A stretch of DNA of 64,000 nt, from the IMG/VR virus record IMGVR_UViG_3300009509_000014, positions 1-64,000 of that record; one strand, written 5' to 3'. The translations under genes were made by a program, and so were the position numbers. The stretch's first letter is position 1. Every line of letters starts with the position of its first letter. Shown in pieces: positions 1-6,925 of the stretch. The notes beneath the pieces are model-generated. The model was not told the origin of the DNA. It saw only the letters and a program-made list of their open reading frames with translations, and did not search any database. This DNA is from a virus.

Positions 1-35
1 GTCGGCCAGTTTCGATTGAGCCTAATGCTATTAGG

Positions 36-124
36 CAGAGGGAGAGGGATTCGAACCCCCGAACCCCTTGCGGGGCTTGCGGTTTTCAAGACCGCCGCGA
101 TCAGCCAGACTCCGCCATCCCCCT
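36..124 (-). tRNA. tRNA-Ser(TGA)
   Basis: Cloverleaf on minus strand: AGGGGGA/TCCCTCT acceptor, loop CTTGAAA, long variable arm, GGTTCGAATCC; no encoded CCA. Confidence 0.93.
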
Positions 125-787
125 AAATATATTCTTGAATTGATCCTCAAGATATGCGCTTGCGAGTGATAGATTGTCCTCCAATTCCCAATGCGCGAGA
201 CTTGGCTTTACTGCACTGTAAGCCTCCTGTTTTGGAGTCACTCCCAAGAAGCTCGCTACAGAGTCAACCACTTCATTTGTTTTAGAAATAAGGTCAATAT
301 ATCTTATCGACATCACATTCTCAAGGTTAACCGTATTTTCTATCATCTTTGCGAGATACCTAATAGTTATCATAAAGGCGATCTCAAATGGTATTTTGTT
401 TCTTTTTGCTAAAGATTTTGCCGAATTGAATGGGTCACGATAAATCGTAATCGTCTTCATGTCTGGAGCCGCCTTTATTAAAAGGGGGAGGCAATAACAC
501 AACCTTGGGTCTTTTATCGCCCATAAATCCTTCCAGACAAACGGGCCTAGTAAAACTTTGTACTCCGCGAGATATTTATCTGCCTGATTCATAGACGGGA
601 GTCTCCAATTGCCACCAATAACCTTGTCGTGGAAATCAACAATCTTCTTTTCTTCGTAATACCCTTCTGGATTGTGCTTGCTAGGTGGCAGAAGATTATC
701 CCCCATGTATGCACCCAATCCATGCACAACTTTCGCAAGTGCAGATGTACCCCCTCTGTGAACTCCAACAACCGCGACTCCGCTCAT
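101..787 (-). CDS. Sulfotransferase family protein (P-loop, PAPS-binding)
   Basis: GVHRGGTSAL 5'-PSB motif, NPEGYYE, WAIKDPRL, IYRDP..SAKSL; start at ATG 787 coupled to upstream stop. Confidence 0.85.
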   Translation of the reverse strand: MSGVAVVGVHRGGTSALAKVVHGLGAYMGDNLLPPSKHNPEGYYEEKKIVDFHDKVIGGNWRLPSMNQADKYLAEYKVLLGPFVWKDLWAIKDPRLCYCLPLLIKAAPDMKTITIYRDPFNSAKSLAKRNKIPFEIAFMITIRYLAKMIENTVNLENVMSIRYIDLISKTNEVVDSVASFLGVTPKQEAYSAVKPSLAHWELEDNLSLASAYLEDQFKNIFRGMAESG

Positions 788-1029
788 TTGCCAGCTCCAG
801 TCCAATTCTTTATATAGGCTATTGCCTTATCTACAACCTCTCCCTTGAAGGAGCCGTAAAAATATAGACCCACTTTTTCGCCCTCATCGTCTATAACGAT
901 TCCCCAATAAGTTCCGTTAAACTTAAAATAAATCTTCCCGTTACTGTATTTTACACTAATATAGTCTGGGAAACTAATGTTTCTAACAGCCTCTATTTTA
1001 TCAATCAATTCTTCTGTAAGGTGAATCAT
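784..1029 (-). CDS. hypothetical protein
   Basis: ORF with AAGGAG SD, fits the minus-strand gene array. Confidence 0.7.
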   Translation of the reverse strand: MIHLTEELIDKIEAVRNISFPDYISVKYSNGKIYFKFNGTYWGIVIDDEGEKVGLYFYGSFKGEVVDKAIAYIKNWTGAGK

Positions 1030-1044
1030 TGTATGTCTCCTTTA

Positions 1045-1118
1045 AGCGGGTTGCGGGATTCGAACCCGCGACACGAAGCTTGGAAGGCTACTGCTCTACC
1101 AGTCTGAGCTAAACCCGC
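1045..1118 (-). tRNA. tRNA-Gly(TCC)
   Basis: GCGGGTT/AACCCGC acceptor, loop CTTCCAA, T-loop TTCGAAT. Confidence 0.93.
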
Positions 1119-1122
1119 ACTA

Positions 1123-1195
1123 CTCGGACGGGTGGAGTTGAACCACCACACTTCGCATTAACAGTGCGATGCTCTGCCAATTGAGCTACGTCCGA
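1123..1195 (-). tRNA. tRNA-Asn(GTT)
   Basis: TCGGACG/CGTCCGA acceptor, loop CTGTTAA. Confidence 0.93.
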
Positions 1196-1416
1196 CTGAA
1201 TTCCATCTTTCCCCATGTTAAAGGCCATGCGATAAGCTTGATATTCTGTCTGTGGCCGATATGGCAAATAGCGGTAACTTCCATCGTGTAACCGTTCCGC
1301 AGTTTTGCCATTTCCGTCATTGTTATTGGTATGAACATTGTCCCATCGTCACAATGCCCACAACTTACCGCATTCACTCCAGGGCTTACAACAACACGTT
1401 CTCTCTTTTTAGGCAT
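1186..1416 (-). CDS. small Zn-ribbon protein (CxxC...CxxxH)
   Basis: GGAGG SD before ATG 1416; CGHC and CHIGH motifs. Confidence 0.6.
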   Translation of the reverse strand: MPKKRERVVVSPGVNAVSCGHCDDGTMFIPITMTEMAKLRNGYTMEVTAICHIGHRQNIKLIAWPLTWGKMEFSRT

Positions 1417-1831
1417 TCCCGCCTCCATCATACACTTTAATTGCAATCATGTTTTGCCTTGCGTCGAATGTATACAGTCCATAAAATCCGCCGTTTTTCT
1501 TGTCAACGGTCACAGTACCAACAATTATTGCCCCAAGGAGATCTAGAAGGTGCCGCTGTGTCATCCTGAACTCCTTGCGTCCATCATCAACATCTTCAAA
1601 CAAGACACTACCAGACTCACTTGCAGAAGCCCACGCATAAGGAACCAATGTTGCAGTAAATGTGAAATTTGGCACAACCTTGCAAGGCGATCCGAATACG
1701 TCTTCGTAAAATGCTTCTAGTTCAGGGACGGACATTTCTCCTGCCTTGCTAAATGGTACATTCCAAATGTGACCGTCTTCGGAAAAACCTATTAGTATAT
1801 TTGAAGCCTCATTTCTACCTATAATTTGCAT
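1409..1831 (-). CDS. hypothetical protein
   Basis: GGAGG SD before ATG 1831; the longer ORF-track start lies inside tRNA-Pro. Confidence 0.7.
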   Translation of the reverse strand: MQIIGRNEASNILIGFSEDGHIWNVPFSKAGEMSVPELEAFYEDVFGSPCKVVPNFTFTATLVPYAWASASESGSVLFEDVDDGRKEFRMTQRHLLDLLGAIIVGTVTVDKKNGGFYGLYTFDARQNMIAIKVYDGGGNA

Positions 1832-1844
1832 ATCGTCCTCCAGG

Positions 1845-1917
1845 TCGGGGGTCGTGGATTTGAACCACGGCTGCACGGTCCCAAACCGCGCGTTCTACCT
1901 GACTAGACTAACCCCCG
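1845..1917 (-). tRNA. tRNA-Pro(TGG)
   Basis: CGGGGGT/ACCCCCG acceptor, loop TTTGGGA. Confidence 0.92.
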
Positions 1918-1922
1918 ATAAA

Positions 1923-2014
1923 GATCGGCTACGTTCATCCACGGCAGGAATCGAACCTGTTCCAATTACAGGATGAGTATAATTGGTTACGCCAGTTATC
2001 CGACATAGCCGATC
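1923..2014 (-). ncRNA. tRNA-like structured RNA A (12-bp terminal stem, 9-bp stem with CTCATCC loop, T-arm)
   Basis: GATCGGCTATGT/ACGTAGCCGATC; CCAATTATA/TGTAATTGG; CAGG-TTCGATT-CCTG. Confidence 0.6.
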
Positions 2015-2016
2015 AG

Positions 2017-2097
2017 AACGGGTGATTGGGATCGAACCAATGTCGCCGTGAAACCCTTCACGAAGGGGGCGACCTATCCTCTATTTTAGCACCCGTT
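2017..2097 (-). ncRNA. tRNA-like structured RNA B (8-bp acceptor, 5-bp T stem, expanded anticodon arm)
   Basis: AACGGGTG/CACCCGTT; ATTGG-TTCGATC-CCAAT; GTCGCC/GGCGAC enclosing 20 nt. Confidence 0.6.
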
Positions 2098-2192
2098 GGA
2101 GGCCCTGGTACGAGCAGGGCCTTTGGTTGAACAATAAGCGTTATTTGTGTGATGGCGGAGACAGCGCTTCTCCTACTTATTCCTCAACCTAA

Positions 2193-2276
2193 AAGTGGGT
2201 GGTGGAATTGAACCACCGAAGAGATTGCTCTCCCTAGGTTATCCCCTAGTGCCTTTGTCCTCTAGGCTACCCCACT
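2193..2276 (-). tRNA. atypical or pseudo tRNA, GAT in a 6-nt loop, long variable arm
   Basis: AGTGGG/CCCACT acceptor with G7.A66 mismatch; CTAGG-GGATAA-CCTAG; V-arm GAGA-GCAA-TCTC; GGTTCAATTCC. Confidence 0.6.
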
Positions 2277-2332
2277 TCGGTAAGGTTATTCGCTTCTCGA
2301 AGCTGCTTGGGCTTAGAATCACCTTTACCTAA

Positions 2333-2417
2333 TAGCGGGAGGCGGATTTGAACCGCCGAAGGGATTTCTCCCGCAAGGTTATGAGCCTTGTGCCGTTAAC
2401 CACTAGGCAATCCCGCT
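2333..2417 (-). tRNA. tRNA with CAT anticodon (Met/Ile2) and a long variable arm
   Basis: AGCGGGA/TCCCGCT; CAAGG-CTCATAA-CCTTG; V-arm GGGA-GAAA-TCCC; GGTTCAAATCC. Confidence 0.85.
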
Positions 2418-2620
2418 TAATACTTGTCAGGCCACTTCAAGATAGTGTCAACTGTCCATTCAACTCCGCTACAAGTGGGTGCATGAACAGTCTTGCACAC
2501 CTTCGGCGTACATACGCCGTTTTCGTGACACCATTGTTTGCAACAGACAATTTCGTATTCACCTGCACACGCACTTATCAGAAACGCGATAAGTAACAAT
2601 ACAATAACCCACTTTTTCAT
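2417..2620 (-). CDS. small Cys-rich putative lipoprotein
   Basis: MKK + hydrophobic stretch + ISAC lipobox; GGAGGTG SD. Confidence 0.65.
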   Translation of the reverse strand: MKKWVIVLLLIAFLISACAGEYEIVCCKQWCHENGVCTPKVCKTVHAPTCSGVEWTVDTILKWPDKY

Positions 2621-2621
2621 A

Positions 2622-2984
2622 TCACACCTCCGGTTCGTCAATTGGCATCACAGAAAGATATATGTTATTTTTTGCATACGGCGAATCAGGCGATAACATC
2701 CAACGTGTCTCTGCCTCTATAACTGTGCTTTTAACATATCCAAAATGAAGGTGTGTCCACTCCTGTCCGTCAATTTTCTGCGTTGTCGTTCTAAGGTATT
2801 GGCATTTGAGGCCAGGGCCACCAGAGAACCCCCACATAAGAGTTTCTACCCATTGTCCAGGAACAAGTGTAAAGTTTACATCGTTCCACGCATTAAAAAC
2901 CTCAGCAATCTCTGGATGAAACACCTTTACCCATTCCAACAAGTTGTCTGGATAATATCCACCTGACCAATTATCGTCACTCAT
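2622..2984 (-). CDS. hypothetical protein
   Basis: AAGGAGGTG SD. Confidence 0.7.
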   Translation of the reverse strand: MSDDNWSGGYYPDNLLEWVKVFHPEIAEVFNAWNDVNFTLVPGQWVETLMWGFSGGPGLKCQYLRTTTQKIDGQEWTHLHFGYVKSTVIEAETRWMLSPDSPYAKNNIYLSVMPIDEPEV

Positions 2985-3010
2985 TGTACACCTCCTTAAT
3001 TGTGTGTGTG

Positions 3011-3083
3011 CGGAGGCTACGGGAATCGAACCCGTGGCTCCTGCTCGACAGGCAGGTATGTTGGACCACTACACCAAGCCTCC
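3011..3083 (-). tRNA. tRNA-Asp(GTC)
   Basis: GGAGGCT/AGCCTCC acceptor, loop CTGTCGA. Confidence 0.92.
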
Positions 3084-3091
3084 ATTACTAT

Positions 3092-3451
3092 TTACCAATT
3101 AACACAGCTAAGAACTGGATATTGATTGCACCTGATAAATACACACTCCACAATACGCAGGCCAGATTTGTAACGTGTCCTCCTTGCACTACAATCAAGT
3201 GTTGGATTGCTTATACTCTCCCATGTGACATTTTCTGTGGCTTCTCTTGCCGCTGCCCTATACAGCTTTGCCATTTCAGCGTCAGTGTTATATCCTGAGT
3301 AATCGTATTCGACTATCTCTCCAACTGGCATTGGTGTTTGTTCAACCACTGTCTCTTGTGGCGTCCCACAACCAGAAAGCACGATGATTATAAGGATGGT
3401 TATAACAAACCACATTAGGAACCCAAATCCTTTTATTTCAAAGTCTCTCAT
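3092..3451 (-). CDS. putative lipoprotein
   Basis: Hydrophobic signal + LSGC lipobox; Cys-rich C-terminus; AGGAGG SD. Confidence 0.7.
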   Translation of the reverse strand: MRDFEIKGFGFLMWFVITILIIIVLSGCGTPQETVVEQTPMPVGEIVEYDYSGYNTDAEMAKLYRAAAREATENVTWESISNPTLDCSARRTRYKSGLRIVECVFIRCNQYPVLSCVNW

Positions 3452-3463
3452 GTTAGCCTCCTG

Positions 3464-3733
3464 TTACTTACAACTACTTGTTGAATACTGCCCACAGTCT
3501 ACAAGGAAACAGTTCGCGTAACTGTCTCCGCATTTAAGTGTGTATGTGGTACAACCTGGCAGTTGAAGATAGCTATTTGTTGCTTGCCATGCACAGTCTT
3601 CTGTTATCCGTGACGTGTTGTTGTACTCTTCCGGTAGCGGTCCGCAGCCATTCAATAGAAAAACAAACACGACTGACACCACGATAATTATAATTGTGAT
3701 TGGTATGTATCTAGTCACTTTCTTTATTGTCAT
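3464..3733 (-). CDS. putative lipoprotein (paralog of 3092..3451)
   Basis: LNGC lipobox; shared C...C.QY...SC ending; GGAGGAGG SD. Confidence 0.7.
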   Translation of the reverse strand: MTIKKVTRYIPITIIIIVVSVVFVFLLNGCGPLPEEYNNTSRITEDCAWQATNSYLQLPGCTTYTLKCGDSYANCFLVDCGQYSTSSCK

Positions 3734-4001
3734 TGTCACCCTCCTCCAAAGGCACTTCCCACGGCAGGACGACTTCCTCCTCCCAAGGCAATTGCCTTTC
3801 AAAAAATGCTTCAAATAGCTCAAGTGCTATATGGTATACTACCAAATCGCCAACCATCCTACATTCAGAATGGTGCATATGTTCAGGGCAATCATCTAAC
3901 TTGGCAAACTCTACAGCTTCGTCTAAGATTTGATTGTACAACTCAGCTATATCCTGCCCTCTTGCGTCTATGGCCCTGTGTACAGCTTCTCTTATGTCCA
4001 T
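3711..4001 (-). CDS. hypothetical protein (paralog of 4207..4443)
   Basis: Shared LY..I, EC...GDL...H, E.F and Q..W.E pattern. Confidence 0.7.
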   Translation of the reverse strand: MDIREAVHRAIDARGQDIAELYNQILDEAVEFAKLDDCPEHMHHSECRMVGDLVVYHIALELFEAFFERQLPWEEEVVLPWEVPLEEGDNDNKESD

Positions 4002-4009
4002 ATAACCCC

Positions 4010-4204
4010 CTATAGGAAAATTATCCAAATCCAAAACGGAAGTGTCGTTATAAGCAGCACAATTATTGCCACAGCTAGCAACATTAAGACAACAATGCTT
4101 CCAACAGTGTAAATCACAAACAAGAATATGTTTATGATAAAACCTATAATACCTCCGTTTTGGACAAATGGATAACTACCCCACCTGCCCCAAAACCAAA
4201 TCAT
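4010..4204 (-). CDS. small membrane protein
   Basis: Almost entirely hydrophobic 64-aa ORF filling the gap in the array. Confidence 0.55.
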   Translation of the reverse strand: MIWFWGRWGSYPFVQNGGIIGFIINIFLFVIYTVGSIVVLMLLAVAIIVLLITTLPFWIWIIFL

Positions 4205-4206
4205 CT

Positions 4207-4443
4207 TTATTCCTTCCAGTCAAACTGCCAGTTAAACCAGTCCAAGAAGACCTCCATCATAAAGTGATGGATAATAAGGTCTCCGATTTGCATACACTCT
4301 TGAGACGAACGCGACTCTATGCACGGATTGTCCTCTTCTCCAAGCTTTTCAATCACGTATTGCATTATCTCTCCATACAGAGCTTCAACGGCTGGCCCAT
4401 ATGCGCTGACTGCTTCGATTACGGGTGTCCTCAAGTCTTTCAT
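4207..4443 (-). CDS. hypothetical protein
   Basis: AAGGAGG SD; paralog of 3711..4001. Confidence 0.7.
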   Translation of the reverse strand: MKDLRTPVIEAVSAYGPAVEALYGEIMQYVIEKLGEEDNPCIESRSSQECMQIGDLIIHHFMMEVFLDWFNWQFDWKE

Positions 4444-4456
4444 GTTCGCCTCCTTG

Positions 4457-4529
4457 TCCGCGCAGCAGGAATTGAACCTGCGACTCGCGGATTAAAAGTC
4501 CGCTACTCTTCCAACTGAGTTATGCGCGG
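4457..4529 (-). tRNA. tRNA-Lys(TTT)
   Basis: CCGCGCA/TGCGCGG acceptor, loop CTTTTAA. Confidence 0.93.
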
Positions 4530-4826
4530 CTGTTCTTGATCTTCCGCCTCTTTTGCAGCTATGGCCGCTTTGGCCTTTTCTAGCTTGTCAAGTGCAAATC
4601 TAATTGTCTTTTCGACAAAGGCGTCGTCTTCTGACATAAAATAGACTCCGATTAGGAACATTACATGCGATGGTACAAAAGCTTCGTCGTCATCGCCGTC
4701 CGGAAGCGCCAGTTTTGCCGCATCTGGCGCTAAGACTAGAGCAGCCTCATTAGGAAGCAGCTCAATCGTTGTAACTTCTTGCGTGTCTAACAAAACTCCA
4801 CCCTCTAAGTCTTTTGTTGCCGACAT
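4503..4826 (-). CDS. hypothetical protein
   Basis: GGAG SD before ATG 4826. Confidence 0.65.
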   Translation of the reverse strand: MSATKDLEGGVLLDTQEVTTIELLPNEAALVLAPDAAKLALPDGDDDEAFVPSHVMFLIGVYFMSEDDAFVEKTIRFALDKLEKAKAAIAAKEAEDQEQPRITQLEE

Positions 4827-4827
4827 T

Positions 4828-5016
4828 TTACTTCTCCAAATAAACTTGGACAAGGTACTCTTCAAAGCACCCAAGCCCATAATATACGACAAAGGTTCTG
4901 CCGCCAGAAATCTTTACATGCGAATAATTAAAGTCGTGAAACCGATTGCACTTTGCACAATACAAATTCCTTACAGGAACTTGATCTTTAACTCTTACCA
5001 TCTGCCTTTTGTCCAT
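4828..5016 (-). CDS. small hypothetical protein (CxxC)
   Basis: AAGGAG SD; CAKC motif. Confidence 0.55.
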   Translation of the reverse strand: MDKRQMVRVKDQVPVRNLYCAKCNRFHDFNYSHVKISGGRTFVVYYGLGCFEEYLVQVYLEK

Positions 5017-5029
5017 AATATACTCCTTA

Positions 5030-5103
5030 TGGGTGCGGGAGGATTCGAACCTCCACTATGTCGGACTTGACGCGACTGCCTCTGCCGATTGCGCTACGCA
5101 CCC
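5030..5103 (-). tRNA. tRNA-Leu(CAA), short variable region
   Basis: GGGTGCG/CGCACCC; loop GTCAAGT with C31.C39 mismatch; 5-nt variable region. Confidence 0.8.
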
Positions 5104-5597
5104 TTTTTGTGAAGCTCTTTATTCCAATCTGCCAAAGCATCAAGTACCCCTTTCCTGACCTCTACCATAATTGCCGTAGCGGCGTCTCCGGTACAACCGT
5201 TGAACTTTTCCATAAAATTGTCAGCAAACTCTATTTTCGTAGTAACGGTTGTATACGGACCATCTGGATTCGGCTCTATCGTTACCTTGATCTTCGACTG
5301 CAATTTCATTTTGCCTGCCGCCTTGTCATTATTTACACTGTATACATGAAATGGACTATTATCTGGAGTCCAGCCAAACGACGACGACGACGACGAAGAT
5401 GCTTCGTGTGAATATGTCCAAGACTCGGCTCCAACACCAGTAGTCCAATATTTGATTGGAGGAACCTTTATCTCATAAAACACTGGCGCTTCATGGTTTT
5501 GCTTATTAACATACTCTTCCATAGTCTTTTTGGCCGTCTCAAGTGCCTCATCAAAGGCTGCAGAACTTCCAGAGATTTTCATATTCATTTTCACCAT
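5094..5597 (-). CDS. hypothetical protein
   Basis: AAGGA SD before ATG 5597; the ORF-track start lies inside tRNA-Leu. Confidence 0.65.
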   Translation of the reverse strand: MVKMNMKISGSSAAFDEALETAKKTMEEYVNKQNHEAPVFYEIKVPPIKYWTTGVGAESWTYSHEASSSSSSSFGWTPDNSPFHVYSVNNDKAAGKMKLQSKIKVTIEPNPDGPYTTVTTKIEFADNFMEKFNGCTGDAATAIMVEVRKGVLDALADWNKELHKKGA

Positions 5598-5630
5598 AGC
5601 ATATTCCTTGATGCGTGATTGCCAAACAGG

Positions 5631-5705
5631 TAGGAGCAGGAGGATTCGAACCTCCACTGTTCAGGGTCTAAACCTGTTGCCTCTGCCAAGTTGGGCTACA
5701 CTCCC
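5631..5705 (-). tRNA. tRNA-Leu(TAG), short variable region
   Basis: GGGAGTG/TGCTCCT acceptor; loop TTTAGAC; Leu-type D arm. Confidence 0.87.
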
Positions 5706-5708
5706 GTA

Positions 5709-6008
5709 CTATACAATTCTCCATCTATATTCCCCCGCCTCCCTTTTGACTTGGTACAGCGGGAAACATTCTAGGGTTGAATAAATATAAACCCACCCTT
5801 CGTAATGGTTGCCTTTTCTGATGTCAACATAGGTCCAAAAGGTTCCATCGGATACACGCTCCAAAACCACGTCTCTTGTTTCAAAGCCGCCTTGTCTTGA
5901 TACCCAAGGGGTAGATTCGACAAACCTGAATTCGTATCCGGCAGTAACACCCTCATGAATGCACGTTTGGAACTGCACATCGTTTTTTACTATTATCTTA
6001 TTCATCAT
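5709..6008 (-). CDS. hypothetical protein
   Basis: AAGGAGGT SD. Confidence 0.7.
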   Translation of the reverse strand: MMNKIIVKNDVQFQTCIHEGVTAGYEFRFVESTPWVSRQGGFETRDVVLERVSDGTFWTYVDIRKGNHYEGWVYIYSTLECFPLYQVKREAGEYRWRIV

Positions 6009-6020
6009 TACCTCCTTTAG

Positions 6021-6111
6021 TGGGCGGGGCAGGAGTCGAACCTGCGATGTTTACCCTGCGGGATCGGTTTTACAGACCGACGCTACACAACCAACAGTAG
6101 ACCTCCCGCCC
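6021..6111 (-). tRNA. tRNA-Tyr(GTA)
   Basis: GGGCGGG/CCCGCCC; loop CTGTAAA; long variable region; atypical D arm. Confidence 0.88.
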
Positions 6112-6342
6112 TTAATCTTCAGCGCGGACATTCCACAATGTTAATGCCTCACTTATGCTAAGGCGTGACGGACCCTCTGCTCCACACGTACTGCAATACA
6201 CACTATACACATACGGTATGTTTTTTGTGGAACCGTACCTGTTTAGCTCGAAGTCAATCTCCCCGCAAAACGGACAGACGCGAAGCTCAATTTTCCTATG
6301 CGCGGCTGGTATGTCTACAATCTTTGTACGCTCCATAACCAT
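6112..6342 (-). CDS. Lar-family restriction alleviation-like Zn-finger protein
   Basis: CPFCG...VYCSTCGAEGP...A...WN.R pattern. Confidence 0.75.
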   Translation of the reverse strand: MVMERTKIVDIPAAHRKIELRVCPFCGEIDFELNRYGSTKNIPYVYSVYCSTCGAEGPSRLSISEALTLWNVRAED

Positions 6343-6357
6343 ACTCCTCTCATTACG

Positions 6358-6525
6358 CTCTAGGTTGGACGCTACCCCAACTCCAGGCTTGGCAGTCAGA
6401 AGAGGCCGCTACTCTCCCCCCTAGTAACACCACGCTACTTATCATGAATTTTCGCGTGATGCCGAGTGACGTTCACCTGGGCTAAGACTATATCCATGTG
6501 TCTGCGACTTTCCACATCGCTAGAG
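6358..6525 (-). ncRNA. putative multi-branched structured RNA (about 170 nt)
   Basis: CTCTAG/CTAGAG closing stem with nested helices GCGAT/GTCGC, CCAGG/CCTGG, ATCACGC/GCGTGGT, GTTGG/CCAAC; no minus-strand ORF. Confidence 0.5.
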
Positions 6526-6643
6526 ATTTTTACATTCCCGCCCGATGGGGGACAGCGGGATTGGTTCCCCGCCATCCCCCATCTTCGTGCGTTCTCCAGT
6601 TAAGCAGAGCCTAACTTAAAGTACCCCTATTCGGAAGGGGAGG

Positions 6644-6715
6644 CAGGGGTATGAGGACTCGAACCCCAATTCGCGGTGTTGGAGACCGCTGTCCTTCCAA
6701 TTGGACGATACCCCT
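6644..6715 (-). tRNA. tRNA-Trp(CCA)
   Basis: AGGGGTA/TACCCCT; loop CTCCAAC. Confidence 0.93.
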
Positions 6716-6734
6716 AATCGTCATTATCTCCTAT

Positions 6735-6763
6735 ATTATACTGGAAATAATGACCATTGTTGA
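6735..6763 (-). promoter_or_regulatory. sigma70-type promoter driving the tRNA cluster
   Basis: TCAACA-17-TATAAT with shared TTCCAG motif before -10. Confidence 0.7.
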
Positions 6764-6766
6764 GAA

Positions 6767-6925
6767 TTATTCGGACAATATCAACGCTCTGATTTTATGC
6801 AGCTTGTCAGAAGCGGTGGTGTTGTATTCCCGAATGATGTCTTCTATAAGAGCCAGCGTACCTAAGTTTACCGTTTCGGTAAAGCTGTCTATTAGACCTT
6901 GTGCCTCATATTCATCAAGTTCCAT
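6767..6925 (-). CDS. small hypothetical protein
   Basis: Short ORF overlapping the CCA-adding enzyme stop. Confidence 0.4.
   Translation of the reverse strand: MELDEYEAQGLIDSFTETVNLGTLALIEDIIREYNTTASDKLHKIRALILSE

Noticed and set aside
1-33. Possible 5' part of another structured RNA at the window edge
   Set aside because: It is truncated and too short to support a call.
2017-2097. Calling element B a tRNA-Sec
   Set aside because: It has no long variable arm, no 7-nt CTTCAAA loop, and no sel genes are seen in the window.
5030-5103. Reading the loop as a TCA (opal suppressor) anticodon, implying stop-codon recoding
   Set aside because: The stem register places T33-CAA, the D arm is Leu-type, and the large genes are intact in code 11.
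5378-5396. (ACG)n trinucleotide run
   Set aside because: It encodes a short in-frame poly-Ser linker; there is no evidence for phase variation.
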